A stretch of 64,000 nt of DNA from an archaeon (GCA_020057405.1 JAGVFW010000003.1:32001-96000); one strand, 5' to 3'. Counted from the first letter of the stretch, positions 9,378 to 19,485 are shown. Program-made: numbers and translations. Notes: a model not told the origin generated them from the sequence alone.

Positions 9378-9932
9378 TTAGCCCTGAGCGTGGGCAGGCG
9401 AGGCGAGTTCGGCCGCGTGGTAGAGGCGCTCGCAGTAGGCGCACCTTAGTTTGAGCGGGTTTCTTTCTTCGACTCTAAAGATGCTCTTGCCTTCGGCGTT
9501 GGTGACGCACTTGTTGTTCGGGCAGCGGACGACGTCTTTTACCTCGTCGGCCACGCTGACGCGGTATTTCTCAACTACCTTGAAGCCCTTGATGACGTTG
9601 ACAGTCGAGTGTGGTGCCAGAAGAGCAGCGCGATCGAGTTCGGTCTTGCCAAGAGCTTTCCCTTCAATCTTGACTAGGTCTTTAAGACCGTGCCTCGAGC
9701 TTGGTGACTTCATCAAAATGCTTACGGTGCCGGGAAATTCGGCAGTGACTCCAAGAGCGTCAAGCACTTTTAGTGCGCTGCCGGGGGGCAGGTGGTCAAG
9801 CACAATGCCATTCTCGATTTTGTTGACGCGCAACTGCTCGTCGTCCGCACCGTGGACGGCCTTGCCTTCAGTTTGGGGCTTGGTCTTGCCTTCGGCTTGC
9901 GGTTGGTGCTTGTCATCGTGCTTTTCAGTCAC
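9378..9932 (-). CDS. pyrI: Aspartate carbamoyltransferase regulatory subunit
   Basis: IENGIVLDH, KDLVKIE, CPNNKCVTN...CAYCE Zn motif. Confidence 0.95.
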   Translation of the reverse strand: MTEKHDDKHQPQAEGKTKPQTEGKAVHGADDEQLRVNKIENGIVLDHLPPGSALKVLDALGVTAEFPGTVSILMKSPSSRHGLKDLVKIEGKALGKTELDRAALLAPHSTVNVIKGFKVVEKYRVSVADEVKDVVRCPNNKCVTNAEGKSIFRVEERNPLKLRCAYCERLYHAAELASPAHAQG

Positions 9933-9937
9933 TTAAT

Positions 9938-10855
9938 TCACCCTTTTCTTGAAAGAATCTTGTTGAGAACTGCCATGCGAACGCAAATGCCGTTTGCCTC
10001 CTGCCTGAAGTAGGCGGCGCGCGGGTCGGCGTCGACTTCCTCAGCGATTTCGCCAACGCGGGGGAACGGGTGCATGAGAATTGCGTCGGTCTTCATTGTC
10101 GCCAGTTCATCAGTGCCAATGTGGTAAGAATACTTGCGGTATTCTTCCGGATCGGCAAAGCGCTCTTTTTGGATGCGCGTGGCGTAAACCACGTCGGCCT
10201 GTGAGAGGTCGAATGACGAGAGTTCGCGCATCTTGATTTGCCCGCGCAATTCATTCGTAATCTGTTCGGGCATTCGAAGCGCGGGGGGGCTGTGGAAGAG
10301 GAGTTCGACGTCATCGAATTGGGAAAGCGCATAAGCAAGGCTGTGTACCGTCCGGCCGTACTTGAGGTCACCCAACATCAGGATTTTCAGGCCATCGATA
10401 GTGCCTTTCTCTTTTCGGATTGTGTAGAGGTCAAGGAGCGCTTGAGTCGGATGCTGGTTGGCACCGTCGCCCGCGTTGATTACCGGCGCTTCGGAGACAT
10501 TTGCCGCAGCCTGGGCAGCGCCCTCCAAGGGATGGCGGATGACGATGCAATCCGCGCAAGCGTCAATCACTTTTATTGTGTCGCTTAGTGTCTCGCCCTT
10601 TACCGTACTCGTTACAGAATCATCGCCAAAGCCGATGCGGCGCGCGCCTAAGCGCATGGCCGCAGTCTGGAAAGAAAACCGCGTGCGCGTGCTTGGCTCG
10701 AAAAAGAGCGTTGCAACGACTTTCCCCTTCAAAGTATCGGTCGAGCGCTTTTCGCGCGCAATTGAGGAAAAGGAGTCTGCCTCTCGCAGGATTTCCTCGA
10801 TGTCGTCGCGGCCTAGGCCCCTTGCAGTCACCAAGTCGCGTCCGAACCAAGTCAA
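9938..10855 (-). CDS. pyrB: Aspartate carbamoyltransferase catalytic subunit
   Basis: FFEPSTRT, HPTQALLD, GDLKYGRTVHSL, TRIQKER, MHPFPR. Confidence 0.97.
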   Translation of the reverse strand: MTWFGRDLVTARGLGRDDIEEILREADSFSSIAREKRSTDTLKGKVVATLFFEPSTRTRFSFQTAAMRLGARRIGFGDDSVTSTVKGETLSDTIKVIDACADCIVIRHPLEGAAQAAANVSEAPVINAGDGANQHPTQALLDLYTIRKEKGTIDGLKILMLGDLKYGRTVHSLAYALSQFDDVELLFHSPPALRMPEQITNELRGQIKMRELSSFDLSQADVVYATRIQKERFADPEEYRKYSYHIGTDELATMKTDAILMHPFPRVGEIAEEVDADPRAAYFRQEANGICVRMAVLNKILSRKG

Positions 10856-13800
10856 GCCTTACCCACCCCCGCAATATCATTAAGTGAATGGAGAGGAAGT
10901 TCTTCAGCCTTTCGGCCCGAGAGAACGGAGACGCTCTCTGCCATGGCAATTGCGGCAAAGGCGCTAGTGACGCAGTGCACGCCCTTGGCAACAGCTGCCA
11001 GGCGGGCAGAAGCGCCACTCCGCGAGTCAACCCCGCTGACAAGCAGGGAGGCGGGGTTGCCTGCCGCGAGGAATTCGGCTGCCTCTTTGGTTGTTGCAAA
11101 CGACTTGACCGCAACTCCGGCGGACTTGAACTTTTCTGCAATGACTTTAGTCCACTTGCCGCAGTCGCAAAGCACGACCGTTCCCCCAAGGGAAACGCCA
11201 GAGGCAAGAAGCGCCTTTAGGTACGCTTCCTCGAAAGTGGCGGCAACGCCCATGGTCTCGCCAGTGCTCTTCATTTCGGCACCTAGTTTGGGGTCAAGGG
11301 CGGAAAAGCGGCTGAATGGGAAGACGGGAACCTTGACTGCAGGCATACCCGTCTTGAGTTCAGCAGGCAGGCCAAGCGCGTCAAGCGTCATTCCTTGCGC
11401 CTGGATGCGCGCTGCGAGCTTGGCCACCTGCACGCCGGTTGCCTTGCTTACGAAGGGAACCGTGCGCGAGGCACGGGGATTGAGCTCAAGGACAGTAACT
11501 TCATCGCCCTTGACTACCATCTGAATGTTTGCGAGGCCGACAATGTTCAGAGTCGATGCAAGCTTCTGGGAATAATCGCGCACTGTCGCGAGCGCCTTTT
11601 GCGTCAGGCGGCGCGTTGGCAGGCAACAGGCTGAATCGCCGCTGTGGATGCCGGCCTCCTCGATTTGTTCCATGATGCCGACGATGCACGCGCGCTTGCC
11701 ATCAGCGATAAAGTCAATGTCAAGCTCGATGCCATCCTGCACAAAGTGGTCAATTGCAACGGGCTTGCCTCGGGAAACTTCGATTGCCTCGTCAATTCTT
11801 GCGAGGAGCTCTTTTTCGTTGGCAACCACTTCCATTGCACGGCCGCCCAAAACGTAGGAGGGGCGCAGGAGAAGCGGGTAGCCAACGTAGCCTGCAACCT
11901 CGACTGCTTCCTCGCGAGTGTAGGCAACGCCGCTCTGCACTAGGGGAATGCCTAACTTGCGCATGATGGAGTTGAACTTCTTTCTGTCCTGTGACAAGTC
12001 AATTGAATTGACGGTGGTGCCCAGTATCTTCACACCTGCTGCCTCAAGTGGACCAGCGAGGTTGACTGCAGTCTGACCGCCGAACTGCACAATAACTCCC
12101 GCAAACTCTTTTCCTTGCCGCTTGCAAGCCTCCTCTTCGACGCGAACTACTGCGAGCACGTCGTCGGGCGTGAGGGGCTCGAAGTAAAGCTTGTCGCTAA
12201 CGTCAAAGTCAGTGCTCACTGTCTCGGGGTTGTTGTTGATGACGACAGTCTCAAAGCCCGCCTCGCGCAGCGCCTGGACGGCGTGCACCGTGCAGTAGTC
12301 GAACTCGATTCCCTGGCCCATGCGGATGGGGCCGCCGCCGAGAATGATGACCTTCTTGCCGCCCTTGGAGACTGGGGCGGAGGGCGACTCGTCCTCTGGC
12401 TCGTAAGTGCTGTAAAAGTAGGGCGTGACTGCCTCGTATTCGCCCGCGCAGGTGTCAACCATCTTGAAGACGGGCCTTAGGCCTGCCTTTTCCCGCGCTG
12501 CACGCACTTGTTCGGGGTGCCGGCCTCCGCTGTAGGCTCCGATTTTCTTGTCGCTGAAGCCCAGGCGCTTGAGGTGCAGCAAATCCGCGGGGTTGTTGAA
12601 GTCAAGGCTGCCTGAAATCATTGCCTTTTCCGCCATTGCGATGTTGCGGATTTTTTCTAAAAACCACGCGTTGATTGAAGTGGCTGAGGCGAGCTCTGCG
12701 ACAGTCGCGCCATCGCGCAAGAGCTGCTTGAGCTTGAAGAGGCGCAGTTCAGTTGGCTCAAGGGATTCCAGTCGCTTGGCCTGTTCCTCGTAGCCCGGGC
12801 GCAACTCGAGGGAACGGATGGCTTTCATGAGGGACTCTTCGAAAGTGCGGCCAATTGCCATAGTCTCGCCAGTGCTCTTCATGCCAGTGCCCAGGTTTTC
12901 CTTGAGCCGCAGCTTATCGAACGGCCAGCGCGGGATTTTGAGCACAACGTAATCGATTGCTGGCTCAAAGCACGCGGTCTTGCCGGTTACTCGGTTCTCG
13001 ATTTCTGGAAGCGTGTAGCCTGCGGCGATTTTTGCGGCAACGCGGGCGATTGGGTAGCCAGTTGCCTTGCTTGCCAGGGCGCTTGAGCGGGAAGCGCGGG
13101 GGTTGACTTCGATGATGTAGTAGTTGCCGTTTGACTGGTCGAGTGCGAACTGGATGTTGCAGGCGCCCTCGACCTTGAGTGCGCGGATAATCTTGATTGC
13201 CGAAGTTCGGAGCTTCTGGTGGTCGTCGTCGGAGAGAGTTTGCGCAGGTGCCACGACAATGCTTTCGCCAGTGTGCACGCCAATTGGGTCAATGTTTTCC
13301 ATGTTGCAGATGGTGATGCAGTTGTCTGCCGAATCGCGGATGACTTCGTACTCGATTTCAGCCATTCCCTTGACGCTGCGCTCGACTAGCGCGCTATTGG
13401 TGGCGCTTGCGGTGAGGCTGACTTGGATGAGGCCGATCATTTCCGCTTCATTGGCGACAATGCCGCTTCCTGTGCCGCCAAGGCAGTAGTCTGCGCGCAC
13501 GATGACGGGGTAGCCAATGCCTTTTGCGGCCCCTAGTGCTTCCTCGACTGTGCGAACGCGCTTGGATGCCGGGATTGGCTCGTCGATTTTCTGGATGAGT
13601 TCCTTGAACTGTTCGCGGTCCTCTGCAAGCTCGATTGATTCGATGCTGGTGCCGAGCACTGCAACGCCGTGCTTCTTGAAGACTTCACGCAACTGCACTG
13701 CCAGGTTTAGGCCCGTCTGGCCCGCCATTGTCGCAAGCACGCCATCGGGCTTCTCGCGCTCGATGATGCGCTCAAGGACTTTAGCGTGAAGTGGCTCGAC

Positions 13801-14022
13801 GTAAACGATGTCTGCAGTGTCAAGGTCAGTCTGGATTGTGGCAGGGTTGCTGTTCACTAGCACTACCTTGATGCCTTCCTCCCTCAGGGCGAGGCAAGCT
13901 TGCGTGCCGCTATAATCAAACTCGGCCGCTTGTCCAATAACTATAGGACCGCTGCCGATTAGCAGCACTTTCGATAGACCTTGTTTCTTTGGCAATTTCT
14001 TCAAACCCACCAGAGTAATCAA
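10852..14022 (-). CDS. carB: Carbamoyl-phosphate synthase large subunit
   Basis: GSGPIVIGQAAEFDYSGTQA and two ATP-grasp halves; C-terminal MGS-like domain looks short and divergent. Confidence 0.97.
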   Translation of the reverse strand: MITLVGLKKLPKKQGLSKVLLIGSGPIVIGQAAEFDYSGTQACLALREEGIKVVLVNSNPATIQTDLDTADIVYVEPLHAKVLERIIEREKPDGVLATMAGQTGLNLAVQLREVFKKHGVAVLGTSIESIELAEDREQFKELIQKIDEPIPASKRVRTVEEALGAAKGIGYPVIVRADYCLGGTGSGIVANEAEMIGLIQVSLTASATNSALVERSVKGMAEIEYEVIRDSADNCITICNMENIDPIGVHTGESIVVAPAQTLSDDDHQKLRTSAIKIIRALKVEGACNIQFALDQSNGNYYIIEVNPRASRSSALASKATGYPIARVAAKIAAGYTLPEIENRVTGKTACFEPAIDYVVLKIPRWPFDKLRLKENLGTGMKSTGETMAIGRTFEESLMKAIRSLELRPGYEEQAKRLESLEPTELRLFKLKQLLRDGATVAELASATSINAWFLEKIRNIAMAEKAMISGSLDFNNPADLLHLKRLGFSDKKIGAYSGGRHPEQVRAAREKAGLRPVFKMVDTCAGEYEAVTPYFYSTYEPEDESPSAPVSKGGKKVIILGGGPIRMGQGIEFDYCTVHAVQALREAGFETVVINNNPETVSTDFDVSDKLYFEPLTPDDVLAVVRVEEEACKRQGKEFAGVIVQFGGQTAVNLAGPLEAAGVKILGTTVNSIDLSQDRKKFNSIMRKLGIPLVQSGVAYTREEAVEVAGYVGYPLLLRPSYVLGGRAMEVVANEKELLARIDEAIEVSRGKPVAIDHFVQDGIELDIDFIADGKRACIVGIMEQIEEAGIHSGDSACCLPTRRLTQKALATVRDYSQKLASTLNIVGLANIQMVVKGDEVTVLELNPRASRTVPFVSKATGVQVAKLAARIQAQGMTLDALGLPAELKTGMPAVKVPVFPFSRFSALDPKLGAEMKSTGETMGVAATFEEAYLKALLASGVSLGGTVVLCDCGKWTKVIAEKFKSAGVAVKSFATTKEAAEFLAAGNPASLLVSGVDSRSGASARLAAVAKGVHCVTSAFAAIAMAESVSVLSGRKAEELPLHSLNDIAGVGKA

Positions 14023-14027
14023 ATAAC

Positions 14028-15128
14028 TTAATCTAGCATTTTTGCAAATTCATCGAACAGGTAACGGTTATCGTACGGCCCGGGGTTCGCCTCGGGGTGG
14101 TACTGGACGCTGAAAATGGGGAGTTCCTTGTGGCGCAAGCCCTCGTTAGTGCCATCATTGGCATTGACGAACAATTCTGAGACTGTTTTTGGCAAGTCCT
14201 TGACTGCGTAACCGTGGTTTTGCGAAGTGATGAACGCTTTTCCAGACTCAACGTTGAGAACTGGCTGGTTTGAGCCCCTGTGGCCGAACTTTAGCTTGAA
14301 CGTTTTTGCACCAAGGGTGTGTGCGAGAAGCTGGTGACCCAAGCAAATGCCGAAAATGGGCAGCTTGCCTGCAAGATTCTTGAGCGTATCGATTGTGTAA
14401 GTAGCCGTTGCGGGATCGCCTGGTCCGTTGCTTACCATCAGACCAGCGGGCTCAAGGGCCATAATCTCCTTTGCAGTAGTCTTTGGCGGAACGACAACCA
14501 CGCGGAAGCCGCGCTTGACTAGCTCGCGGGCGATGCTGCCCTTGGCGCCGACGTCGATGAGGACGACGGTCTTGGCACCCGCTTCGTTAAACACTTGGTT
14601 AGTCTTGGTGGCAACTGCCAGGACATAGTCGTTTGCGCCATAGTCAAACGCCTTGGCTTTCTTTAGGGCGGAAGCGATGACGGCCTCGCGCTCGGATTCG
14701 TCGTTTAGCTGGACTAGCGCGCTTGGCATGACGCCAGCTGAGCGGACTTTGCGTACAATGGCACGCGTGTCAACGCCTGAAATGCCGGGAACGCCGGATT
14801 GCTCTAGGAATTCGTCTAGCGAACGCCTGCTTTGGTAGTGAGTTGGCAGGTTGCAGGCTTCCCGCACGATTGCTGCTGAGGGCTGGACTTTGGAGCTCTC
14901 GAAGGCTTCCTCGCTTATGCCGTAATTGCCGATTAGGGGGTAGCAGAAGGTCAAAAGCTGGCCCGCGTAGCTCGGGTCAGTGAGCGCTTCCTGGTAGCCG
15001 GTCATCGAAGTGTTGAATACAAGCTCGCCAACAGCGTCGACTTTGGCGCCAATGGAGTGTCCTTCAAAAATAGAGCCGTCCGAAAGAACAAGGAGGGCCG
15101 TTTTCCCCCTACCGGCATGGACCAACAT
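14028..15128 (-). CDS. carA: Carbamoyl-phosphate synthase small subunit
   Basis: FNTSMTGYQE, SNGPGDP, GICLGHQ, QYHPE. Confidence 0.97.
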   Translation of the reverse strand: MLVHAGRGKTALLVLSDGSIFEGHSIGAKVDAVGELVFNTSMTGYQEALTDPSYAGQLLTFCYPLIGNYGISEEAFESSKVQPSAAIVREACNLPTHYQSRRSLDEFLEQSGVPGISGVDTRAIVRKVRSAGVMPSALVQLNDESEREAVIASALKKAKAFDYGANDYVLAVATKTNQVFNEAGAKTVVLIDVGAKGSIARELVKRGFRVVVVPPKTTAKEIMALEPAGLMVSNGPGDPATATYTIDTLKNLAGKLPIFGICLGHQLLAHTLGAKTFKLKFGHRGSNQPVLNVESGKAFITSQNHGYAVKDLPKTVSELFVNANDGTNEGLRHKELPIFSVQYHPEANPGPYDNRYLFDEFAKMLD

Positions 15129-15278
15129 AAGCTATCGAAAAATATACTTCCCAAGTTCAAGTTAAAAAGGGTTTGTAATGGGCCTCACCTGATTGCGGGC
15201 TTAGGCCAAGTCATATGAAGCCGTCAAGCGTGAACCGCCTATACCTTAATTAAGTAATAGCGTGTAAGAAACTACATA

Positions 15279-15358
15279 GGGAGTGAACTTGACTGCCAAA
15301 AGCTGTCAATTACACCGGGGAAGTGAACACAAATGCCAAAAGCTGTCAATTATACCGA
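15279..15358 (+). repeat. 40-bp tandem duplication spanning the start of the downstream ORF
   Basis: GGGAGTGAACTTGACTGCCAAAAGCTGTCAATTACACCGG then GGAAGTGAACACAAATGCCAAAAGCTGTCAATTATACCGA. Confidence 0.85.
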
Positions 15359-16019
15359 TGAGGAAATTTTACTTGCGTTAATCTGGACCATGCCTAAAAA
15401 ACTGACTAAGGGCCAGATTGGCCGCCTTTTGAGAATCAAGTCGGCGGGCCAGAAGCACTGGCGCGAACGGTTTGAGAAGCTGGGTGAAAAGGGCCTGCTT
15501 TCAATCGAGAAGCTGGATGCAGGAGACCTGTTCCACGGGTCGCCTATCCTCAAGTATTACCTCTCTGAAGCGAACCTAGAAACGATTTGGGACAAATATT
15601 TCATCAATTACGACGAGCGCCACGGCCTGGTCAATGACCCGTTCCTCACGCCGTTTTCAGCCGGAATCTGGAACATAACCAGCTCGGCAGATTTCTCCAA
15701 GCTCGTAGGTTCGAAGTTCAACTACCAATTCCTTTGTGCCAAGAACGAAGCGAACCCTACCAAGTCTTCGGAGAGCATCGAGTCGTTAAGCAACGGAAAC
15801 AAGGCAAAAACTTGGAAAGTCATGGATGCCGTACTCTCGATTGGCTGGAAGACCGAAGCCTACCGGAGAAAGCCCGTCCTTATGGAGACGTTAACATCAC
15901 AACAAAGAAAGACGTACAAAGTCATAACTTCGATTTATGAAGCGGAGATCAAAACGCACCCTGCTGACTACAAGCGGTTCACAACGCTATTCGAGAAGAA
16001 CTTCAAGTACTACCTCTAG
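15333..16019 (+). CDS. Hypothetical protein, possible N-terminal winged HTH
   Basis: ILLAL...LTKGQIGRLL...FEKLGEKGLL wHTH-like pattern. Confidence 0.5.
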   Translation: MPKAVNYTDEEILLALIWTMPKKLTKGQIGRLLRIKSAGQKHWRERFEKLGEKGLLSIEKLDAGDLFHGSPILKYYLSEANLETIWDKYFINYDERHGLVNDPFLTPFSAGIWNITSSADFSKLVGSKFNYQFLCAKNEANPTKSSESIESLSNGNKAKTWKVMDAVLSIGWKTEAYRRKPVLMETLTSQQRKTYKVITSIYEAEIKTHPADYKRFTTLFEKNFKYYL

Positions 16020-16141
16020 AAACCAGTTTCCTTCCGCCTTTTTTTAGCCCGTTTTAGCGCAAGCCCTACGCCCCCCAAAGCACTATTCCTAGCCCGATTA
16101 TTCAATACATAACTCTATATACAACTACATAGATGTTATAT

Positions 16142-16206
16142 TTGTAATAAGACAGAACAGTTGTAATAACAAAGAACAATTGTAATAAGGCAGAACATTC
16201 GTAATA
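16142..16206 (+). repeat. 19-bp tandem repeat, three copies plus a partial (TTGTAATAAnnnAGAACAn), in a 5' leader
   Basis: Units at 16142, 16161, 16180 and partial at 16199, in an AT-rich promoter region. Confidence 0.85.
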
Positions 16207-16238
16207 GAGTGATTTGAGTTTTGGTGGGTGGGTTTCAA

Positions 16239-16919
16239 ATGAATAAGTTATTTTTAGTTCTGGGCGTTCTTCTTGCGGCATTCTTGGCAGGCTGCATCTC
16301 ACAGCAAACAGGCAGCGGTCGCGTAGTTTTTGCTATCACAGACGCGGCTTCTGACATGAGCGGGGTAACCAGCGTTAATGTCACAGTCAACCAGATCAAG
16401 CTTCACAGTGAAGAAAAGGGCTGGATAACCGTATCGTCAACGCCCAAAACCTACGATCTGTTGGTGCTTAAGTCTCAGGGAAGCGCGTCTTTGCTTGCTG
16501 ACGTTCAAGTGCCAAATGGAACCTATAACTTAGTAACGCTTGAAATCTCCCGCGTCGTAGTCACAGACGCAAGCGGCGCTCACGACGCCAAGCTGCCTTC
16601 AAACGAGCTAAAGCTAAAGGGCGAAGTGATTGTTCGCAACGGTACGACCACGACTGCGACATTTGACTTCATTGCCGACAAATCCTTGCACAAGACTGGC
16701 AATGGCCTCTACATATTGACGCCAGTAGTCAAGATGGAATCCCGCGAGGAAGCCGAAGTCGAAATTGACGACAACGAGCGCGTTCAGATCAACGGCGGCC
16801 GCATGCACACGAACAAGATGTTCGGAATGGATGTTGAAGGAAACTTCGAGGAAGGCATCCGAGTAGATGAGAATGCACGGCTGTTTGTTGAAGACAACGG
16901 TAAGATTCGCATGAGCTAA
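16239..16919 (+). CDS. DUF4382-domain lipoprotein-like protein
   Basis: Lipobox-like LAGC; ITDA...VNVTV, YDLLVL, KLPSNELKL, FDFIADKSL...GNGLYILTPV. Confidence 0.75.
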   Translation: MNKLFLVLGVLLAAFLAGCISQQTGSGRVVFAITDAASDMSGVTSVNVTVNQIKLHSEEKGWITVSSTPKTYDLLVLKSQGSASLLADVQVPNGTYNLVTLEISRVVVTDASGAHDAKLPSNELKLKGEVIVRNGTTTTATFDFIADKSLHKTGNGLYILTPVVKMESREEAEVEIDDNERVQINGGRMHTNKMFGMDVEGNFEEGIRVDENARLFVEDNGKIRMS

Positions 16920-16945
16920 ATTTTTGGTTAATGGAGTTGGTATAA

Positions 16946-18049
16946 ATGAACAATATTTTTGGTAAAACTCTGTTTGGTTTGATGCTAGTAGTTCTTTTCC
17001 TTTCGCAAGCGGTTTACGCCGCTGGCCCCGCGGCCGTGAACCTTGGTTCGGCAGGCAGTTTTGCGGTTTTGTCCAAAGCGGGCATCTCGACCACGGGCAC
17101 TACGGCTATTGTCGGAGATATCGGCGTCAGCCCGATTGACAGCACGGCCATCACCGGATTTGGCCTGATACTCGATTCTTCAACTCAATTTGCTACGTCG
17201 TCCCTTGTCACTGGAAAAGCGTATGCTGCTGATTATTCGCCTCCTACGCCAGCTAAGATGACTACTGCCGTAAGCGACATGGAAACGGCGTACACTGACG
17301 CAGCTGGACGGACAAATCCGACAGCTACCGAATTGGGCGCAGGAAACATTGACGGAATGACGATTGCACCTGGCCTCTACAAGTGGGGAACGGGAGTTAC
17401 AATCCCAATCGCCGTCACCCTCTCGGGTGGTCCGAATGACGTTTGGATCTTCCAAATCGCGCAAAATCTCGACGTGGGCAACGGCGCCATTATCACCCTC
17501 GCAGGCGGCGCACAGGCCAAAAACATCTTCTGGCAGGTTGCCGGGCAAACGACTTTTGGAACCACTTCCGACGTCAAGGGAATCATCCTGTCCAAAACCG
17601 CCATTGTCTTGAATACTGGGTCACGCCTAAACGGCAGGGCACTGGCACAGACCGCGGTAACGTTGGACGCCAGCGCAGTGGTAGCGCCAACGGCATCTGG
17701 TTCAGCAACGCCCACGCCAATAGCGTCGCCGACTCCGAAGCCATCCGACACTCCAACGCCAACAGTATCGAGTACGACTGCCACTCCGCGACCGGCAGTG
17801 ACTCCGGCCATAACGCCAAGGCCGACTGCAACTATTTTCCCTACGACCAAGCCGACTGCAACACCGGCACCTTATATGACTCCGGCCCCGACGCCAAGGC
17901 CGTCTGCAACGCTTGCTCCCACGCCCAAGCCGGCCTCATCGCCGAAGCCCGTTGCCACCCCAATTGCGCAAAAAAGCTTTTTTGGAGGCGTCACGGATTT
18001 CTTTTCAAATTTCTTTAGTTCAATAACCAAGTTTTTTGGCGGCAAGTAA
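16946..18049 (+). CDS. Ice-binding protein (DUF3494) with Pro/Thr linker and amphipathic C-terminal tail
   Basis: AVNLGSAGSFAVLSKAGIS, GDIGVSP, DMETAYTDAAGR, PGLYKW, WIFQIA, NIFWQVAG, GRALAQTAVTLD. Confidence 0.92.
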   Translation: MNNIFGKTLFGLMLVVLFLSQAVYAAGPAAVNLGSAGSFAVLSKAGISTTGTTAIVGDIGVSPIDSTAITGFGLILDSSTQFATSSLVTGKAYAADYSPPTPAKMTTAVSDMETAYTDAAGRTNPTATELGAGNIDGMTIAPGLYKWGTGVTIPIAVTLSGGPNDVWIFQIAQNLDVGNGAIITLAGGAQAKNIFWQVAGQTTFGTTSDVKGIILSKTAIVLNTGSRLNGRALAQTAVTLDASAVVAPTASGSATPTPIASPTPKPSDTPTPTVSSTTATPRPAVTPAITPRPTATIFPTTKPTATPAPYMTPAPTPRPSATLAPTPKPASSPKPVATPIAQKSFFGGVTDFFSNFFSSITKFFGGK

Positions 18050-18073
18050 CGGCCGACTTAAAAGCAGGCAGTA

Positions 18074-18298
18074 GTGTTTGAAGAAAGTCCGCAAGAGTAC
18101 GGATCGAGTTTTGTGGTGGGCGTGGTTGACGTGGATTTGGTGGTTATCGTAAGCTTGATTACGGGTGCTCTGGCGGTTGGAAGCATCCTTTACATGGTCA
18201 AGTTTCAGGTTATTCCGAGTGAGCGCGTAATTCAGGGCAGTTCCGGCAGCGTAAGACAGGTCAAGGAACGGTCGATGTATTCGCAGCGCGGCAAGTAG
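18074..18298 (+). CDS. Small membrane protein
   Basis: One hydrophobic segment; lies in a run of co-oriented small ORFs. Confidence 0.4.
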   Translation: MFEESPQEYGSSFVVGVVDVDLVVIVSLITGALAVGSILYMVKFQVIPSERVIQGSSGSVRQVKERSMYSQRGK

Positions 18299-18322
18299 AT
18301 TTTGTTTGGAGGATTGGTGAAA

Positions 18323-18475
18323 ATGGATTTGTTGACGACTTTAGTGGTAATTTTACTGGTTCTCTGGGTGCTGGGCATTTCGTTTGCTTCGTCAGTCGGA
18401 AGCATCCTTCACCTGCTTTTGGTGATTGCAGTCATTGTCATTGTAGTCAGGCTCATCAGGGGCCAGTCGATATAA
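18323..18475 (+). CDS. lmo0937/DUF5670-like small membrane protein (50 aa, absent from ORF track)
   Basis: MDLLTTLVVILLVLWVLGISFASSVGSILHLLLVIAVIVIVVRLIRG; GGTGA SD upstream. Confidence 0.8.
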   Translation: MDLLTTLVVILLVLWVLGISFASSVGSILHLLLVIAVIVIVVRLIRGQSI

Positions 18476-18504
18476 AAAGTTTGAAAAATGGAGACGTGGT
18501 TTGA

Positions 18505-18942
18505 ATGGGTAAACACAACATATTGTCAGGCAGCCTTGTTTTGGTCGTCATTTTGATGATCGCACTATCAACATTCATGGTGGTAACTTACACCACGGGA
18601 GTCCTTACCGCAGCGGTGGCGTTTGCGTCAACTGACCAGATTGCAAAGCTTGAGGCTTGCGGAGTAGCCATTCCGGACGAGCTCTTCAAGCTCAAGGCAG
18701 ACGTCCCTGGCCTCTTGCTTCCGGCAATCTACGTAGGCTTTCCGGGCCTGATGATAGTCCTAGCGATACTGATGTTCATCGCCGGATTCTACTTTGGAAG
18801 CGACAAGGCAGGACACAGCAGCAGTGAGACGACAACCACGACGAGTACGCCGAACAGGAGCCGCAATAGCGGAAGGTACGCGCCCGGCAGGCGCGTCGAG
18901 AAGATTCGGACGCAGAGGTCAACCAGGAGTGAGGGAAGCTAA
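18505..18942 (+). CDS. Two-TM membrane protein with basic tail
   Basis: Two hydrophobic helices; S/T/R-rich C-terminus. Confidence 0.6.
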   Translation: MGKHNILSGSLVLVVILMIALSTFMVVTYTTGVLTAAVAFASTDQIAKLEACGVAIPDELFKLKADVPGLLLPAIYVGFPGLMIVLAILMFIAGFYFGSDKAGHSSSETTTTTSTPNRSRNSGRYAPGRRVEKIRTQRSTRSEGS

Positions 18943-18998
18943 TTCCCTTCTTTTTCACTCAAAGCGCGCGCGATGGAAATCAAGTTAGAAAAAAAGAG

Positions 18999-19442
18999 TT
19001 GGTAAAAATGGAAGTAAAAAAGACAGTTAATGGCATTGGCGGCGCAGGCGCCCAGGCAGTTAGGGTAACTGCTGAAGTTGTAGGCGACGTTGCAAAAGTA
19101 TCCGGAAAGGCTGTTGAAGCCATTGGCGAGAAGGGCGGCGCTGTTGTCGGCACCGTAGTCCACGCGTCAACCAAGGCAGTCGGCGACACTAGCGACTACA
19201 TTGCCGAAAAGGCTGGAGACGCTGGAAGCGCAGGCGGTCACGCAGTAGGCACTGCAAGCCACGCCATCTCGCACGGAGCGGGCGCAGTCGGTGAGAAGGC
19301 AGGCGCCGTCGTTGGTACCGTTGTCAACGGGACGGCCAAGGCAGTCGGCAACACTAGCGACTACATTGCCGAAGGAGCAGGAACAGTAGGCAGTGACGTC
19401 GGAAAGGCTGTCGGCGGCTTCATTGGGAAGCCCAAGAAGTAA
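18999..19442 (+). CDS. Gly/Ala/Val-rich 11-mer-repeat amphipathic protein
   Basis: 11-aa units such as KAVGDTSDYIA/KAVGNTSDYIA and AVVGTVVHAST/AVVGTVVNGTA. Confidence 0.65.
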   Translation: MVKMEVKKTVNGIGGAGAQAVRVTAEVVGDVAKVSGKAVEAIGEKGGAVVGTVVHASTKAVGDTSDYIAEKAGDAGSAGGHAVGTASHAISHGAGAVGEKAGAVVGTVVNGTAKAVGNTSDYIAEGAGTVGSDVGKAVGGFIGKPKK

Positions 19443-19485
19443 ATGCCTGACTGAAGCACGACCAAAAATTTGAGGTGAAGTGAAT

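Noticed and set aside
16142-16206. Mini-CRISPR
   Set aside because: 19-bp period with no unique spacers.
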